64,000 nt of DNA from a virus, in IMG/VR virus record IMGVR_UViG_3300037041_002705, positions 1 to 64,000 of that record. One strand, written 5' to 3'. Shown one piece after another: positions 1 to 7,635 of the stretch. The notes beneath the pieces are model-generated. The model did no database searches. It had not been told where the DNA came from and worked only from the letters and a program-made list of their open reading frames with translations. The position numbers were made by a program, and so were the translations under genes. How positions within the stretch are numbered: position 1 is the stretch's first letter; each line of letters starts with the position of its first letter.

Positions 1-158
1 TTCAACATTTCTACTTCCTTCTCAAGGCCGTAGATCTTTGAGTCGAGCTTTGCAATGAGGTTGAATGCCATTCTGGCATCCTTCCATGAAAGCCAGGTCA
101 CATAGCCAGAACCTGCTGAAAAGATTGCGCCGATCAAGATTATCAGGTAGTGTTCCAT
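1..158 (-). CDS. small membrane protein, runs off window start
   Basis: Manual translation MEHYLIILIGAIFSAGSGYVTWLSWKDARMAF...; ATG overlaps the TAA of the upstream gene (TAATG); one hydrophobic helix. Confidence 0.6.
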   Translation of the reverse strand, partial: MEHYLIILIGAIFSAGSGYVTWLSWKDARMAFNLIAKLDSKIYGLEKEVEML

Positions 159-394
159 TAGTACAACTCCTCATCCTTTGATGGAACATCCTTCGTGAAT
201 ATGTCTGCGATCTTTGACTCGCTGATTGCGCTGATCTCAAAATCCTCTGGTGCAAGGGTTGCAAGGTTCTTGTGAACGATCACCTCTGCGTCTCCAATTG
301 AGACTGCCTCAACGAGATACTCGCGTGAGCTCTTTCTCACCTTTCCGTTGTCGTCTGTCGTCACAAACTTTACCTTTGCTACATAGTACTGCAT
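158..394 (-). CDS. DUF4494-family protein
   Basis: MQYYVAKVKF...GKVRKSSREYLVEAVSIGDAE...FEISAISESKIADIF fits the Bacteroidota DUF4494 pattern. Confidence 0.75.
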   Translation of the reverse strand: MQYYVAKVKFVTTDDNGKVRKSSREYLVEAVSIGDAEVIVHKNLATLAPEDFEISAISESKIADIFTKDVPSKDEELY

Positions 395-405
395 GTCTTC
401 TTCCT

Positions 406-1050
406 TTATGAATGTTGGTTTAATGCTGTGTGAATGTTTGGAAAGTTCTCTTTGAACAGTTCCATTATTGCATTTGCAATGTCTCTGTGTTCCTTCTGTG
501 TGTCTTCTAACGTTCTGAGCTCAAGGTAATGGATCCAATCCCTGACACTGCCCTTCATGTACATCGTCGTCTCGGTTGAGAGTGGAAGAACATCCCTTGC
601 CACTTCTCTTGCGACGCCGGCGTCCAACAATCGGTTGTAAACCTGTGTGGAAAAGATCTGAGCATTCTCAACAAGAAGCTCCAATTGTTCATCGTTGAGC
701 ACCTCGGCGCTACTCTGTCTGTTCTTATCTGCCTGCTTTCGCAGCTCAATCTTCTGAAGCTTTGTTGCAGTTGAGTATCGTTGGCTGAACTCCTGGAATG
801 AAAAGCTCCAGTGCCTAAGTATCTGCGCTGCGATGCTCCTTCTAGTTGTGATCTCGACAGTCATGTCAACAAACTCAAACGGTGACCAGTGCTTATGCTT
901 TATAAGGTATGCAATTAGCCTGGATGCAGTATCCTTGTTTAGTTGGTTTGATGGATTGCTTACTCTAGCTATATAGACTATAAGCTCTTCTGGCGTAAAC
1001 TCTGATAAGTCTGATAATACGGGGTGGGTTACTGATACTAGCTTTACCAT
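406..1050 (-). CDS. thyX: FAD-dependent thymidylate synthase ThyX
   Basis: ARVSNP, HWSPFE, RHWSFSFQEFSQRY, AREVARDVLP, TQKEHR motifs; ATG at 1050 preferred over TTG at 1059. Confidence 0.95.
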   Translation of the reverse strand: MVKLVSVTHPVLSDLSEFTPEELIVYIARVSNPSNQLNKDTASRLIAYLIKHKHWSPFEFVDMTVEITTRRSIAAQILRHWSFSFQEFSQRYSTATKLQKIELRKQADKNRQSSAEVLNDEQLELLVENAQIFSTQVYNRLLDAGVAREVARDVLPLSTETTMYMKGSVRDWIHYLELRTLEDTQKEHRDIANAIMELFKENFPNIHTALNQHS

Positions 1051-1204
1051 GCTCTTCAATTAGCCTTTCTGATATTCCTTTTATGATTCCTATTGCAAAA
1101 GTTCCAGCCATCATCAATCCAACTGTAAGAGATGCCAATGCCCCTCCAAGTGAGAAGATTAGGACCAGAATGGGAAGGTCCCATATAGAACTCCCAGGTT
1201 CCAT
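965..1204 (-). CDS. small membrane protein
   Basis: Long hydrophobic N-terminal half; abuts the upstream gene; 3' end overlaps thyX by 86 nt. Confidence 0.45.
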   Translation of the reverse strand: MEPGSSIWDLPILVLIFSLGGALASLTVGLMMAGTFAIGIIKGISERLIEEHGKASISNPPRIIRLIRVYARRAYSLYS

Positions 1205-1426
1205 TTATAGGAACTTCCTTGGGTCAATGCCTGGGTTGTTGACGATTTGCGTTGCCTGCCTTATTGCATCTGCAAGATGGCTAGGGCCAGTTATACCTTC
1301 ATTGAGGGCGCTTCCAAACCAGTCCTCCCAGATGATGTTTGCTGCTTCTTGGATCCTTGCATCAAGGTCTTCCTTGTAGTCATAGTCTACTGCCTTGTCA
1401 GTCCACCAATTTCTTCCATTTAGCAT
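1205..1426 (-). CDS. hypothetical protein
   Basis: 73-aa ORF tightly packed in the minus-strand operon. Confidence 0.6.
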   Translation of the reverse strand: MLNGRNWWTDKAVDYDYKEDLDARIQEAANIIWEDWFGSALNEGITGPSHLADAIRQATQIVNNPGIDPRKFL

Positions 1427-1427
1427 G

Positions 1428-1694
1428 TTAGTTGCTCCTTTGGTTGTTTATTGCTGATTCATAAACATTCTTTGGTTGTATCCCAACGAACCTACTTGTT
1501 TCAATCCCATCATTCTGTACGATGACAACTGGGATTCCCCGTATTCCATATTCAGATACTACATCTGGATTTTCATCAACATCAATCGTTTCAAATGTAA
1601 CATCCGGATTTTCTGCCTTTATCTCCTCAATTATAGGAGCCAATGCGCGACACGGCGAGCACCATTCAGCTGTGAACCTCTTAACCTTTATCAT
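1428..1694 (-). CDS. trxA: thioredoxin
   Basis: FTAEWCSPCRALAP active site and GIRGIP cis-Pro motif. Confidence 0.93.
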   Translation of the reverse strand: MIKVKRFTAEWCSPCRALAPIIEEIKAENPDVTFETIDVDENPDVVSEYGIRGIPVVIVQNDGIETSRFVGIQPKNVYESAINNQRSN

Positions 1695-1714
1695 CTTTTC
1701 CTCTGCTTGGTTTG

Positions 1715-2458
1715 TTAAATGACTTCTTTCAGTTCCATTATAGACACTCCATAGGTCTTTTGTTTTCCTATAATTGTTGTGTGTGATTCATGGTAGTGGC
1801 CATGATACCAGCCAAAATCATTGTTTATTGACACAACAAAATCATGGAGCTTCTTCATCTCCTCCTGGCTCTGTTCCATATCAGCCCTCAACGTCTTATC
1901 AATGTTCAGCCATTTAAGTGTTATTGGAGACTCTGTCCTAAATGGTGAACATTGGTGATACACATCATGTGTAAAAAGACAGTCAATTCTCTTTGGGATG
2001 ATCTTTGGCTTCTCCCAATGGTATGTTTCATTTGGCCAGTAGTTGACCCCTTTCACCCTGTTGATCCTATCTATTGATATTGCTCCTCCTGCAAAAAGAC
2101 AGACCTTTCCTTCTATCTCCATCACAGTGTTGTCGCTGACAAACTGTATGTTGTTCATATCATATGAACCATTGCAAGTCCAATATGTTGGATTGTCGTG
2201 GTTTCCTCTTATGACAAACATCTTTGAACCGGATCTTGAAAGTGAATAATCAAGGGTCTTTAGCTTCTTGTGCTCCTTTAGTGGATTGTCAAAGCCAAGA
2301 CCAAAGTCTCCAAGATGTATGAAACTCACAGCATGATCAAGTTTTAGCAGATCTATCTTGTCAGAAAGGTCTGCTATCTTTCCATGTATGTCACCTATTG
2401 CTACTATCATCGGTTTGTTTTTTATTCCCAATAGTCTTCTAATATATGAAATAAACAT
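1715..2458 (-). CDS. calcineurin-like metallophosphoesterase
   Basis: GDIHG, GDFG, RGNHD, THD and HGHYH motifs. Confidence 0.9.
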   Translation of the reverse strand: MFISYIRRLLGIKNKPMIVAIGDIHGKIADLSDKIDLLKLDHAVSFIHLGDFGLGFDNPLKEHKKLKTLDYSLSRSGSKMFVIRGNHDNPTYWTCNGSYDMNNIQFVSDNTVMEIEGKVCLFAGGAISIDRINRVKGVNYWPNETYHWEKPKIIPKRIDCLFTHDVYHQCSPFRTESPITLKWLNIDKTLRADMEQSQEEMKKLHDFVVSINNDFGWYHGHYHESHTTIIGKQKTYGVSIMELKEVI

Positions 2459-2459
2459 G

Positions 2460-2735
2460 TCAGTTTACAACATTTTTTCTTGGAGTTCCAATTATCATGA
2501 ACTCTCCATCTGGAGAAAACTGATCAGTCTCAGGAAGAAACAGTGTGCCGTTCTCCAAGAGAAACAGACAGGTCTCTCCGATGACTGCATCCATGAGCCA
2601 AACACCAGAATCAACCAGAAGCTGACATGAATCCATGAAGTCACCCTCGGTGTTCTCATGCTTTCCATAGAACACTGATATAGCTCTTTCAACCTCTAGA
2701 TCATATTCTTCACAGAATTCATCATCTGTTTCCAT
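2460..2735 (-). CDS. acidic hypothetical protein
   Basis: Start moved to METDDEF; the longer ORF call runs through a terminator hairpin. Confidence 0.55.
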   Translation of the reverse strand: METDDEFCEEYDLEVERAISVFYGKHENTEGDFMDSCQLLVDSGVWLMDAVIGETCLFLLENGTLFLPETDQFSPDGEFMIIGTPRKNVVN

Positions 2736-2752
2736 CCCATATGTATTCAAAT

Positions 2753-2786
2753 AAAAAAAACCGAGGGGAAAAATAACCCCTCGGTT
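2753..2786 (-). terminator. intrinsic terminator
   Basis: AACCGAGGGG-loop-CCCCTCGGTT with a T-run on the minus strand. Confidence 0.8.
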
Positions 2787-2898
2787 CCTGATCAGTGCCA
2801 TAATAAGCCCGATTCCTAGCAAGCACACTCTCATTGAGCATAGAAGCATTGCTTCCATAGGCCGAGCATGATCACTTGCGGGAGCGACCCGCCAATTA

Positions 2899-4065
2899 TT
2901 ACTGTGCTATTACAACCCACTGGCCATTGTGGTACAGAAGCGTTGCGCTGTTCCTTGGGCCAATGAATACATCTCCGCCCCAAACGTTCCAGATTCCTGC
3001 TGGGATCGAAACAAAGTTTGCAGTTGAGCTGTTAACGATTGTGATGATTCTTCCTTCTACTGCATTTGGAAGAGGCGTGTTAAAGTCCTGTGCAACACGA
3101 TAGATCAATGTTCTTACATCGTTATCAATTGTTGCGAGAGGAACAAGTGTCAACTGTGTTCTTCCTTCGATCCTTGTTGCGCTCCTCCATTGGAGAGAAG
3201 TTCCATTGGTTGTAAGTGTTGCGTAGTTTTCTGCGCCAGCTGCAGCAATTGCAGCAAGGTTAACACCGTTTGCATACACAAAGTGTGTATTTGTAGAGAC
3301 AAATGCACTATCTGCTCTTGTTGCATTTACTGCATTTGTTGCATTGACTGCATGTGCTGCTCTAACTGCAGAATCTGCAAGCGTTGCTTGGTCTGCAAGT
3401 GTTGCTCGGTCTGCAAGCCTAGAGCGGTTTGCAAGAAGAGCATATGATGCACTGTCTGCCCAAACTGCATGCGCTGAGCTAGATGCATAGAGCGACACAT
3501 CGCTTCTTACTGCATGGTCAGACTCTTTTGCATGAAGTGCACTGTCTGCCTTTGCTGCATGGCGGGCTTCATTTGCATTCACAGCATTTGTTGCATTCAC
3601 AGCATTTGTTGCATTTGCAGCATGAAGAGCGCTGTCTGCCTTAGCAGCATGAACTGCTTCTGTTGCAAGATCAGCAAGCTTTGCTGTGTTTGCCCTTACT
3701 GCTTGAATTGCAGTTCCTGCATATGGTGCAGGATCCATGATGATTGTGTCATGTGGCGTTCCATTGATTGCAACGTAGAGGTAGAGCCCACCACGATACT
3801 TCACAAGTGAATCAAGGTTCACATCCTTAAGGCGGTAGTTTACAACGCCGTTTACGATTTCGATCTCTTGGTTCTCAACATACCAAACTGGGTAGTTCTG
3901 GTCGTTGAAAGCAGATCCGAGCTTAAAGCCATCGCGAGCGATGTAGAGACTCAGATTGTTCTTTCCAGTCTGACTTGACCAACCTTGGTAGGTAAAGTCG
4001 ATGTTTTGTGCGTTTGTTGCAACCGTGAACAGGATGGCAACTAGTGCGAGTAATACTTTCTTCAT
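2899..4065 (-). CDS. secreted protein with Ala-rich repeat stalk
   Basis: Sec signal MKKVLLALVAILFTVATNA|Q; FTYQG and APYA motifs; NATNAV and HAAKADSALHA repeats; fibre-tip-like C-terminus. Confidence 0.8.
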   Translation of the reverse strand: MKKVLLALVAILFTVATNAQNIDFTYQGWSSQTGKNNLSLYIARDGFKLGSAFNDQNYPVWYVENQEIEIVNGVVNYRLKDVNLDSLVKYRGGLYLYVAINGTPHDTIIMDPAPYAGTAIQAVRANTAKLADLATEAVHAAKADSALHAANATNAVNATNAVNANEARHAAKADSALHAKESDHAVRSDVSLYASSSAHAVWADSASYALLANRSRLADRATLADQATLADSAVRAAHAVNATNAVNATRADSAFVSTNTHFVYANGVNLAAIAAAGAENYATLTTNGTSLQWRSATRIEGRTQLTLVPLATIDNDVRTLIYRVAQDFNTPLPNAVEGRIITIVNSSTANFVSIPAGIWNVWGGDVFIGPRNSATLLYHNGQWVVIAQ

Positions 4066-4078
4066 TATATCCTTCTCC

Positions 4079-4483
4079 TTATTGTTTGATGATTTTTACT
4101 GTTTTACCGTCTTGAGTTCTTACAAAATACATTCCAGATGGTGCACTCGATAGATCGAATGAACCTTCAATATCTCCTTGAAACACCAATGTTCCAATCT
4201 GTGAGAATACCCTAACATTTCCTGTATGCTCAATGTTAAAGATCCCATTTGACGGGTTCGGCCAAACCTTTGCACCTGGCTCTACCACAACTTCTTCCCT
4301 GACGCTTACCATGATGCCATTTGGCCTCCAGTATCCTGTCCATAGCCCTCTTCCTACTGGCGAGTAAGAAGATATCTTCCCAACTGTTGATGCCTTTGAT
4401 CCCATGCCAATATGGCTAGGGAAGTTGGTCGCACCACATACCACTGATCCCAACAATAGGACCAAAAATAAGACTTTTGTCAT
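4079..4483 (-). CDS. small T9SS type A sorting-domain protein
   Basis: Signal peptide plus C-terminal VWPNPSNG...DLSSAPSGMYFVR...KIIKQ. Confidence 0.85.
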   Translation of the reverse strand: MTKVLFLVLLLGSVVCGATNFPSHIGMGSKASTVGKISSYSPVGRGLWTGYWRPNGIMVSVREEVVVEPGAKVWPNPSNGIFNIEHTGNVRVFSQIGTLVFQGDIEGSFDLSSAPSGMYFVRTQDGKTVKIIKQ

Positions 4484-4531
4484 ACTTCTCCTTAGATTTT
4501 GTCTTTGTTATACTGAGGATGGAACCGAATG

Positions 4532-5557
4532 TTACGCCATTCCTGTTTCTTTTGGGCCGCCCCATCTGGCAATGCTACGCCCTACGGTATCACGTACATC
4601 AACGTGTGTGAACGTTGGATAAAGACCGAGCCCTCCCTTGTGCCAGCTGTTGAGCCAGGTGTATATCTCCTTTGGCGTGACTCCATCGATCTTTATGTCT
4701 GCTGCATTTCCATACATGTGTTGTGAATTCTTTGCAGCGCCTTTGAGCATCTTATTATACTTTGGTGTTCTGTATGCCGATATCACCTTTACTGGTTTTC
4801 CGAAGTGCGATCTTATCTTCTCTAAGAGATCAACAAGTGTTGGGTTTATCAGTATGACATCTGATCCGTCTCTGCACTTAAAGTCTGATACTTTGAAGTT
4901 TGGAGAAAGCTGTTTTGATCCATCCTTTGAAAGGCTGTACTGAACAGACTTGTCTGCCATTGATGAATCCTCTGGGAAGTTCACTCCTGGCTGGACCTGT
5001 TTACCTTTTATGACCGATGACGTTGGTGCCGATATGCTTGAAGATGCATTTGGATCAGTCTTTGCCTTCTTGACACCCTGTTCAATTCCTCCATCAGGTC
5101 TAGGTTCTAGTTCTATCGATGAAGGAAGCTGTGCCATTGCCTTGTTCTCTTTGAGGACATTCCACAGCTTTATTATTTCCCCCTCTTCAGATATCTCAAA
5201 TATGGATTTTAGTCCCTCAACAAATCCTCTGTCGATTGCATCTACGAGCTTGACATTTATTCCCATTTCCCTCATCACCAGCCTGCACTTGATGACTGCT
5301 GTTGATGTGTGTTGATCATACAATTCAACGTCGATGCCCTTGTCTATGTCCGAGAACCCAAGCATGTATATGCAGCCCTTGAGGTAAGTAACAAGATCGT
5401 TTCTTGATCCGGGTGTTATCACGGCAGATGAATCCATCTTTTCAAGAACACCATCAGAGATCTCAAGGCCTATCTCAGATATCTCAGGCCAGATCTCTAT
5501 GAACTGATCCTTTTCATATATTGATGTATCGTACTCTTTTGTGAATCCTAGTGCCAT
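4532..5557 (-). CDS. peptidase M15A-domain protein (peptidoglycan peptidase)
   Basis: C-terminal LSPNFKVSDFKCRDG, SAYRT, SQHMYGNAADI, FTHVDVR with Zn ligands H/D/H. Confidence 0.9.
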   Translation of the reverse strand: MALGFTKEYDTSIYEKDQFIEIWPEISEIGLEISDGVLEKMDSSAVITPGSRNDLVTYLKGCIYMLGFSDIDKGIDVELYDQHTSTAVIKCRLVMREMGINVKLVDAIDRGFVEGLKSIFEISEEGEIIKLWNVLKENKAMAQLPSSIELEPRPDGGIEQGVKKAKTDPNASSSISAPTSSVIKGKQVQPGVNFPEDSSMADKSVQYSLSKDGSKQLSPNFKVSDFKCRDGSDVILINPTLVDLLEKIRSHFGKPVKVISAYRTPKYNKMLKGAAKNSQHMYGNAADIKIDGVTPKEIYTWLNSWHKGGLGLYPTFTHVDVRDTVGRSIARWGGPKETGMA

Positions 5558-6249
5558 TACTTGCCTGCCTTTCTCTTTGCGATCATTTGCTTAAGCATCT
5601 TGTCGTTGTTTGCTATCTTGTAGATCCTCTCTGCCAGGTTTGACCTGAAGTTCTGTTCTTCTTTCTTGTCCCTGTCCTTTGATATCTCATACTTTTTGAG
5701 GACGTCTATTGCCTTTTGGGAAACCGATCCAGGTGAGGTCATGTTCCTCCAAACGCCTGGAAACTTTTCTCTCATCTCATACACTATGTATGCAAGCTGA
5801 GGCTCAAGGTCATCGATCTTGGAATTCTTCCAAAACGAATGGGAACTCTTCAACATTGGAAAGAACTCATCATTGTAATGGTCCCATCTCTGCCGTCCAT
5901 CATCAGTGGGCTTCTTTGTCAGCGTGGAATCCGTCCACTGTGCCAAACCACGACCTGGTCCTATTGGCTTTCCAGATATTATCTGAAGCTGCGTAGGATT
6001 GAAGTAGCTCTCCCTCCAGAGGTTTCCTGCTGTTGCAGAGGCTCCTTCAAGGCTCATCCCACTTGACACAAACCATCTTACTATGAACTTTGCAAGATCC
6101 TCTGGTATGTCATAGAGATCAGGCTGATCCCTTTGTCCGTAAGGCGTCTTTGGATACGGCGGGGTAAATGATTTTGCCTGCTTTGGTGGTTCATCATTCG
6201 ATGAGAAGAGCCCCTTGAACCAGTCTATTATATCGTTTACAAAATCCAC
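5557..6249 (-). CDS. phage tail lysozyme family protein
   Basis: AGNLWRES.FNP, GRGLAQWT, QLAYIVYEM motifs; GTG start at 6249 lies downstream of the ATATATA motif. Confidence 0.85.
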   Translation of the reverse strand: MDFVNDIIDWFKGLFSSNDEPPKQAKSFTPPYPKTPYGQRDQPDLYDIPEDLAKFIVRWFVSSGMSLEGASATAGNLWRESYFNPTQLQIISGKPIGPGRGLAQWTDSTLTKKPTDDGRQRWDHYNDEFFPMLKSSHSFWKNSKIDDLEPQLAYIVYEMREKFPGVWRNMTSPGSVSQKAIDVLKKYEISKDRDKKEEQNFRSNLAERIYKIANNDKMLKQMIAKRKAGK

Positions 6250-6265
6250 GTGGGAGAGATTTTTG

Positions 6266-6274
6266 CTATATATC
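6266..6274 (-). promoter_or_regulatory. putative late promoter (GATATATAG)
   Basis: Recurrent intergenic motif, here just after a terminator and before the lysozyme/M15A pair. Confidence 0.6.
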
Positions 6275-6279
6275 AAAGA

Positions 6280-6303
6280 AAAGGGGACCGTTTGGTCCCC
6301 TTT
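6280..6303 (-). terminator. intrinsic terminator after rpsU
   Basis: AAAGGGGACC-GTTT-GGTCCCCTTT followed by TCTTT on the minus strand. Confidence 0.8.
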
Positions 6304-6306
6304 GTC

Positions 6307-6543
6307 TTAGTCTAGATCAGCCAGAATTCGACGTTCCTTTTCTCGGCGCTTTGCGCGAGCCATGCGTTGCTTCTTGCGTTCGCTTGGCTTGATGTACTCC
6401 TGTCGCTCCTTGAATTCACGAAGGATCTTTGAAGAGTCAATCTTCTTCTTGAAACGGCGGATTGCACGATCGATGCTCTCGCCCTTTTCGACGATCACTC
6501 CGATCTTTCCGCTACGAATCTGCAAACTTGGATTGTTTGCCAT
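6307..6543 (-). CDS. rpsU: 30S ribosomal protein bS21
   Basis: VEKGESIDRAIRRFKKK...ILREFKERQEYIKPSERKK, the bS21 signature. Confidence 0.95.
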   Translation of the reverse strand: MANNPSLQIRSGKIGVIVEKGESIDRAIRRFKKKIDSSKILREFKERQEYIKPSERKKQRMARAKRREKERRILADLD

Positions 6544-6549
6544 CTGACC

Positions 6550-6560
6550 TCACCTCCTTT
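6550..6560 (-). promoter_or_regulatory. extended Shine-Dalgarno of rpsU
   Basis: Minus strand reads AAAGGAGGTGA-GGTCAG-ATG, complementary to the canonical 16S 3' end UCACCUCCUU. Confidence 0.85.
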
Positions 6561-6577
6561 CCTTGTTGGTAACAGTA

Positions 6578-6585
6578 CAAAGATA
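6578..6585 (-). promoter_or_regulatory. Bacteroidota-type -7 promoter element TATCTTTG
   Basis: Exact match to TAnnTTTG about 35 nt upstream of the rpsU start; no clear -33 TTTG. Confidence 0.55.
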
Positions 6586-6594
6586 ACTAAAAGG

Positions 6595-6603
6595 AATATA
6601 TAA
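6595..6603 (+). promoter_or_regulatory. putative late promoter (AATATATAA)
   Basis: Recurrent motif 23 nt before ATG 6627. Confidence 0.55.
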
Positions 6604-6626
6604 GAAAAGTAAATTTTCACATCCGC

Positions 6627-7220
6627 ATGAAACTCTCAGAAAAAGCCCGTTCATTGAACCCAATTGTGTACAATGAAGCAATCAAAGAGATCAACGAGAC
6701 CAGCATCCTATCATACGAGATCTGGGAGTCCCTCAACGAAAAGCAGATGACAAAGAAGAAGAACACATCTGGTGCAAGCTTTGAGACCTGGGCAGAGTGG
6801 AGATCGTGGATAAACATGTCAGCGGATGAACTCAAGAAGTTTTATGACTCTCCAGAGGGCAAGCAGGCAGGCATGAAGCAGCAGGCAGCAGGAAAGCTTG
6901 GCATAGACACTGGCCGTGAATCTGCAAGGTGGCTCATGAAGATGATACCAACAGGTTCTTCATGGTCAAGTGCCCTTGAGAACTGGACGCCAAAGATGTG
7001 GGAATGGGCAAAGAAACAGAACTCATTCAATGCAAGGATGTACGGAACATCAAAGAGGGCAAAGGGAAACCCATGGTATGATGACAAGACCGTCGATGGA
7101 AAGAAGACAAAGGTTCCAACAAGGATCCTTCTTGCACTGAAGATCTGGGGCCACAACCCAGAGAAGAAGAGGAAAGAGAAGCCTAGTGCTCCTAAAAATT
7201 TGGACCCAATCTACAAATGA
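6627..7220 (+). CDS. DUF3140-like protein
   Basis: INMSADELKKF, GRESAR and ALKIWGHNP resemble the DUF3140 VNMT..EL / GHESGR / SLMNWGHDP motifs. Confidence 0.65.
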   Translation: MKLSEKARSLNPIVYNEAIKEINETSILSYEIWESLNEKQMTKKKNTSGASFETWAEWRSWINMSADELKKFYDSPEGKQAGMKQQAAGKLGIDTGRESARWLMKMIPTGSSWSSALENWTPKMWEWAKKQNSFNARMYGTSKRAKGNPWYDDKTVDGKKTKVPTRILLALKIWGHNPEKKRKEKPSAPKNLDPIYK

Positions 7221-7471
7221 AAAAGGGCAAGAAGAAATCAAGGCTCATAAACCTTGGAGGCAAGAGTGATGAGATCTCAATGGAGAAGGGGCTGTTTGAC
7301 ATAACAGATGCCCCGATGGCTTACTCAAAAGGCAAAGGAAAAAAGAAGAAGGTCTGGGGCGAGTATGCCACCTGGATGGATCGAGGCCTTGGACCAAAGG
7401 GAATAAAGATTGAAGACGTTCCAGGTTGGAACAAGATCAAAGGATTTAAGACTTGGAAGGAATCTAAGTAA
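7217..7471 (+). CDS. basic hypothetical protein
   Basis: ATGA overlap with the upstream gene; Lys-rich. Confidence 0.6.
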   Translation: MKKGKKKSRLINLGGKSDEISMEKGLFDITDAPMAYSKGKGKKKKVWGEYATWMDRGLGPKGIKIEDVPGWNKIKGFKTWKESK

Positions 7472-7585
7472 TACCTAAAATCTCTTTTCGGCTCACTTCA
7501 GCCTAGGAAAAATGCTTATTGTGCCCGATATATTCTAATTGCCACAACCACATGAGCGCATTATACGTTTCATATTTGATACAAA

Positions 7586-7617
7586 TTAAAAAGGGATCCA
7601 ATGGATCCCTTTTTTAA
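7586..7617. terminator. bidirectional terminator
   Basis: AAAAAGGGATCCA-A-TGGATCCCTTTTTT between convergent genes. Confidence 0.8.
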
Positions 7618-7635
7618 CGACAGTATTTTCTTCTG

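Noticed and set aside
3190-3810. Cys-rich plus-strand ORFs resembling metallothioneins
   Set aside because: Antisense shadow of GCA (Ala) repeats in the 2899-4065 gene
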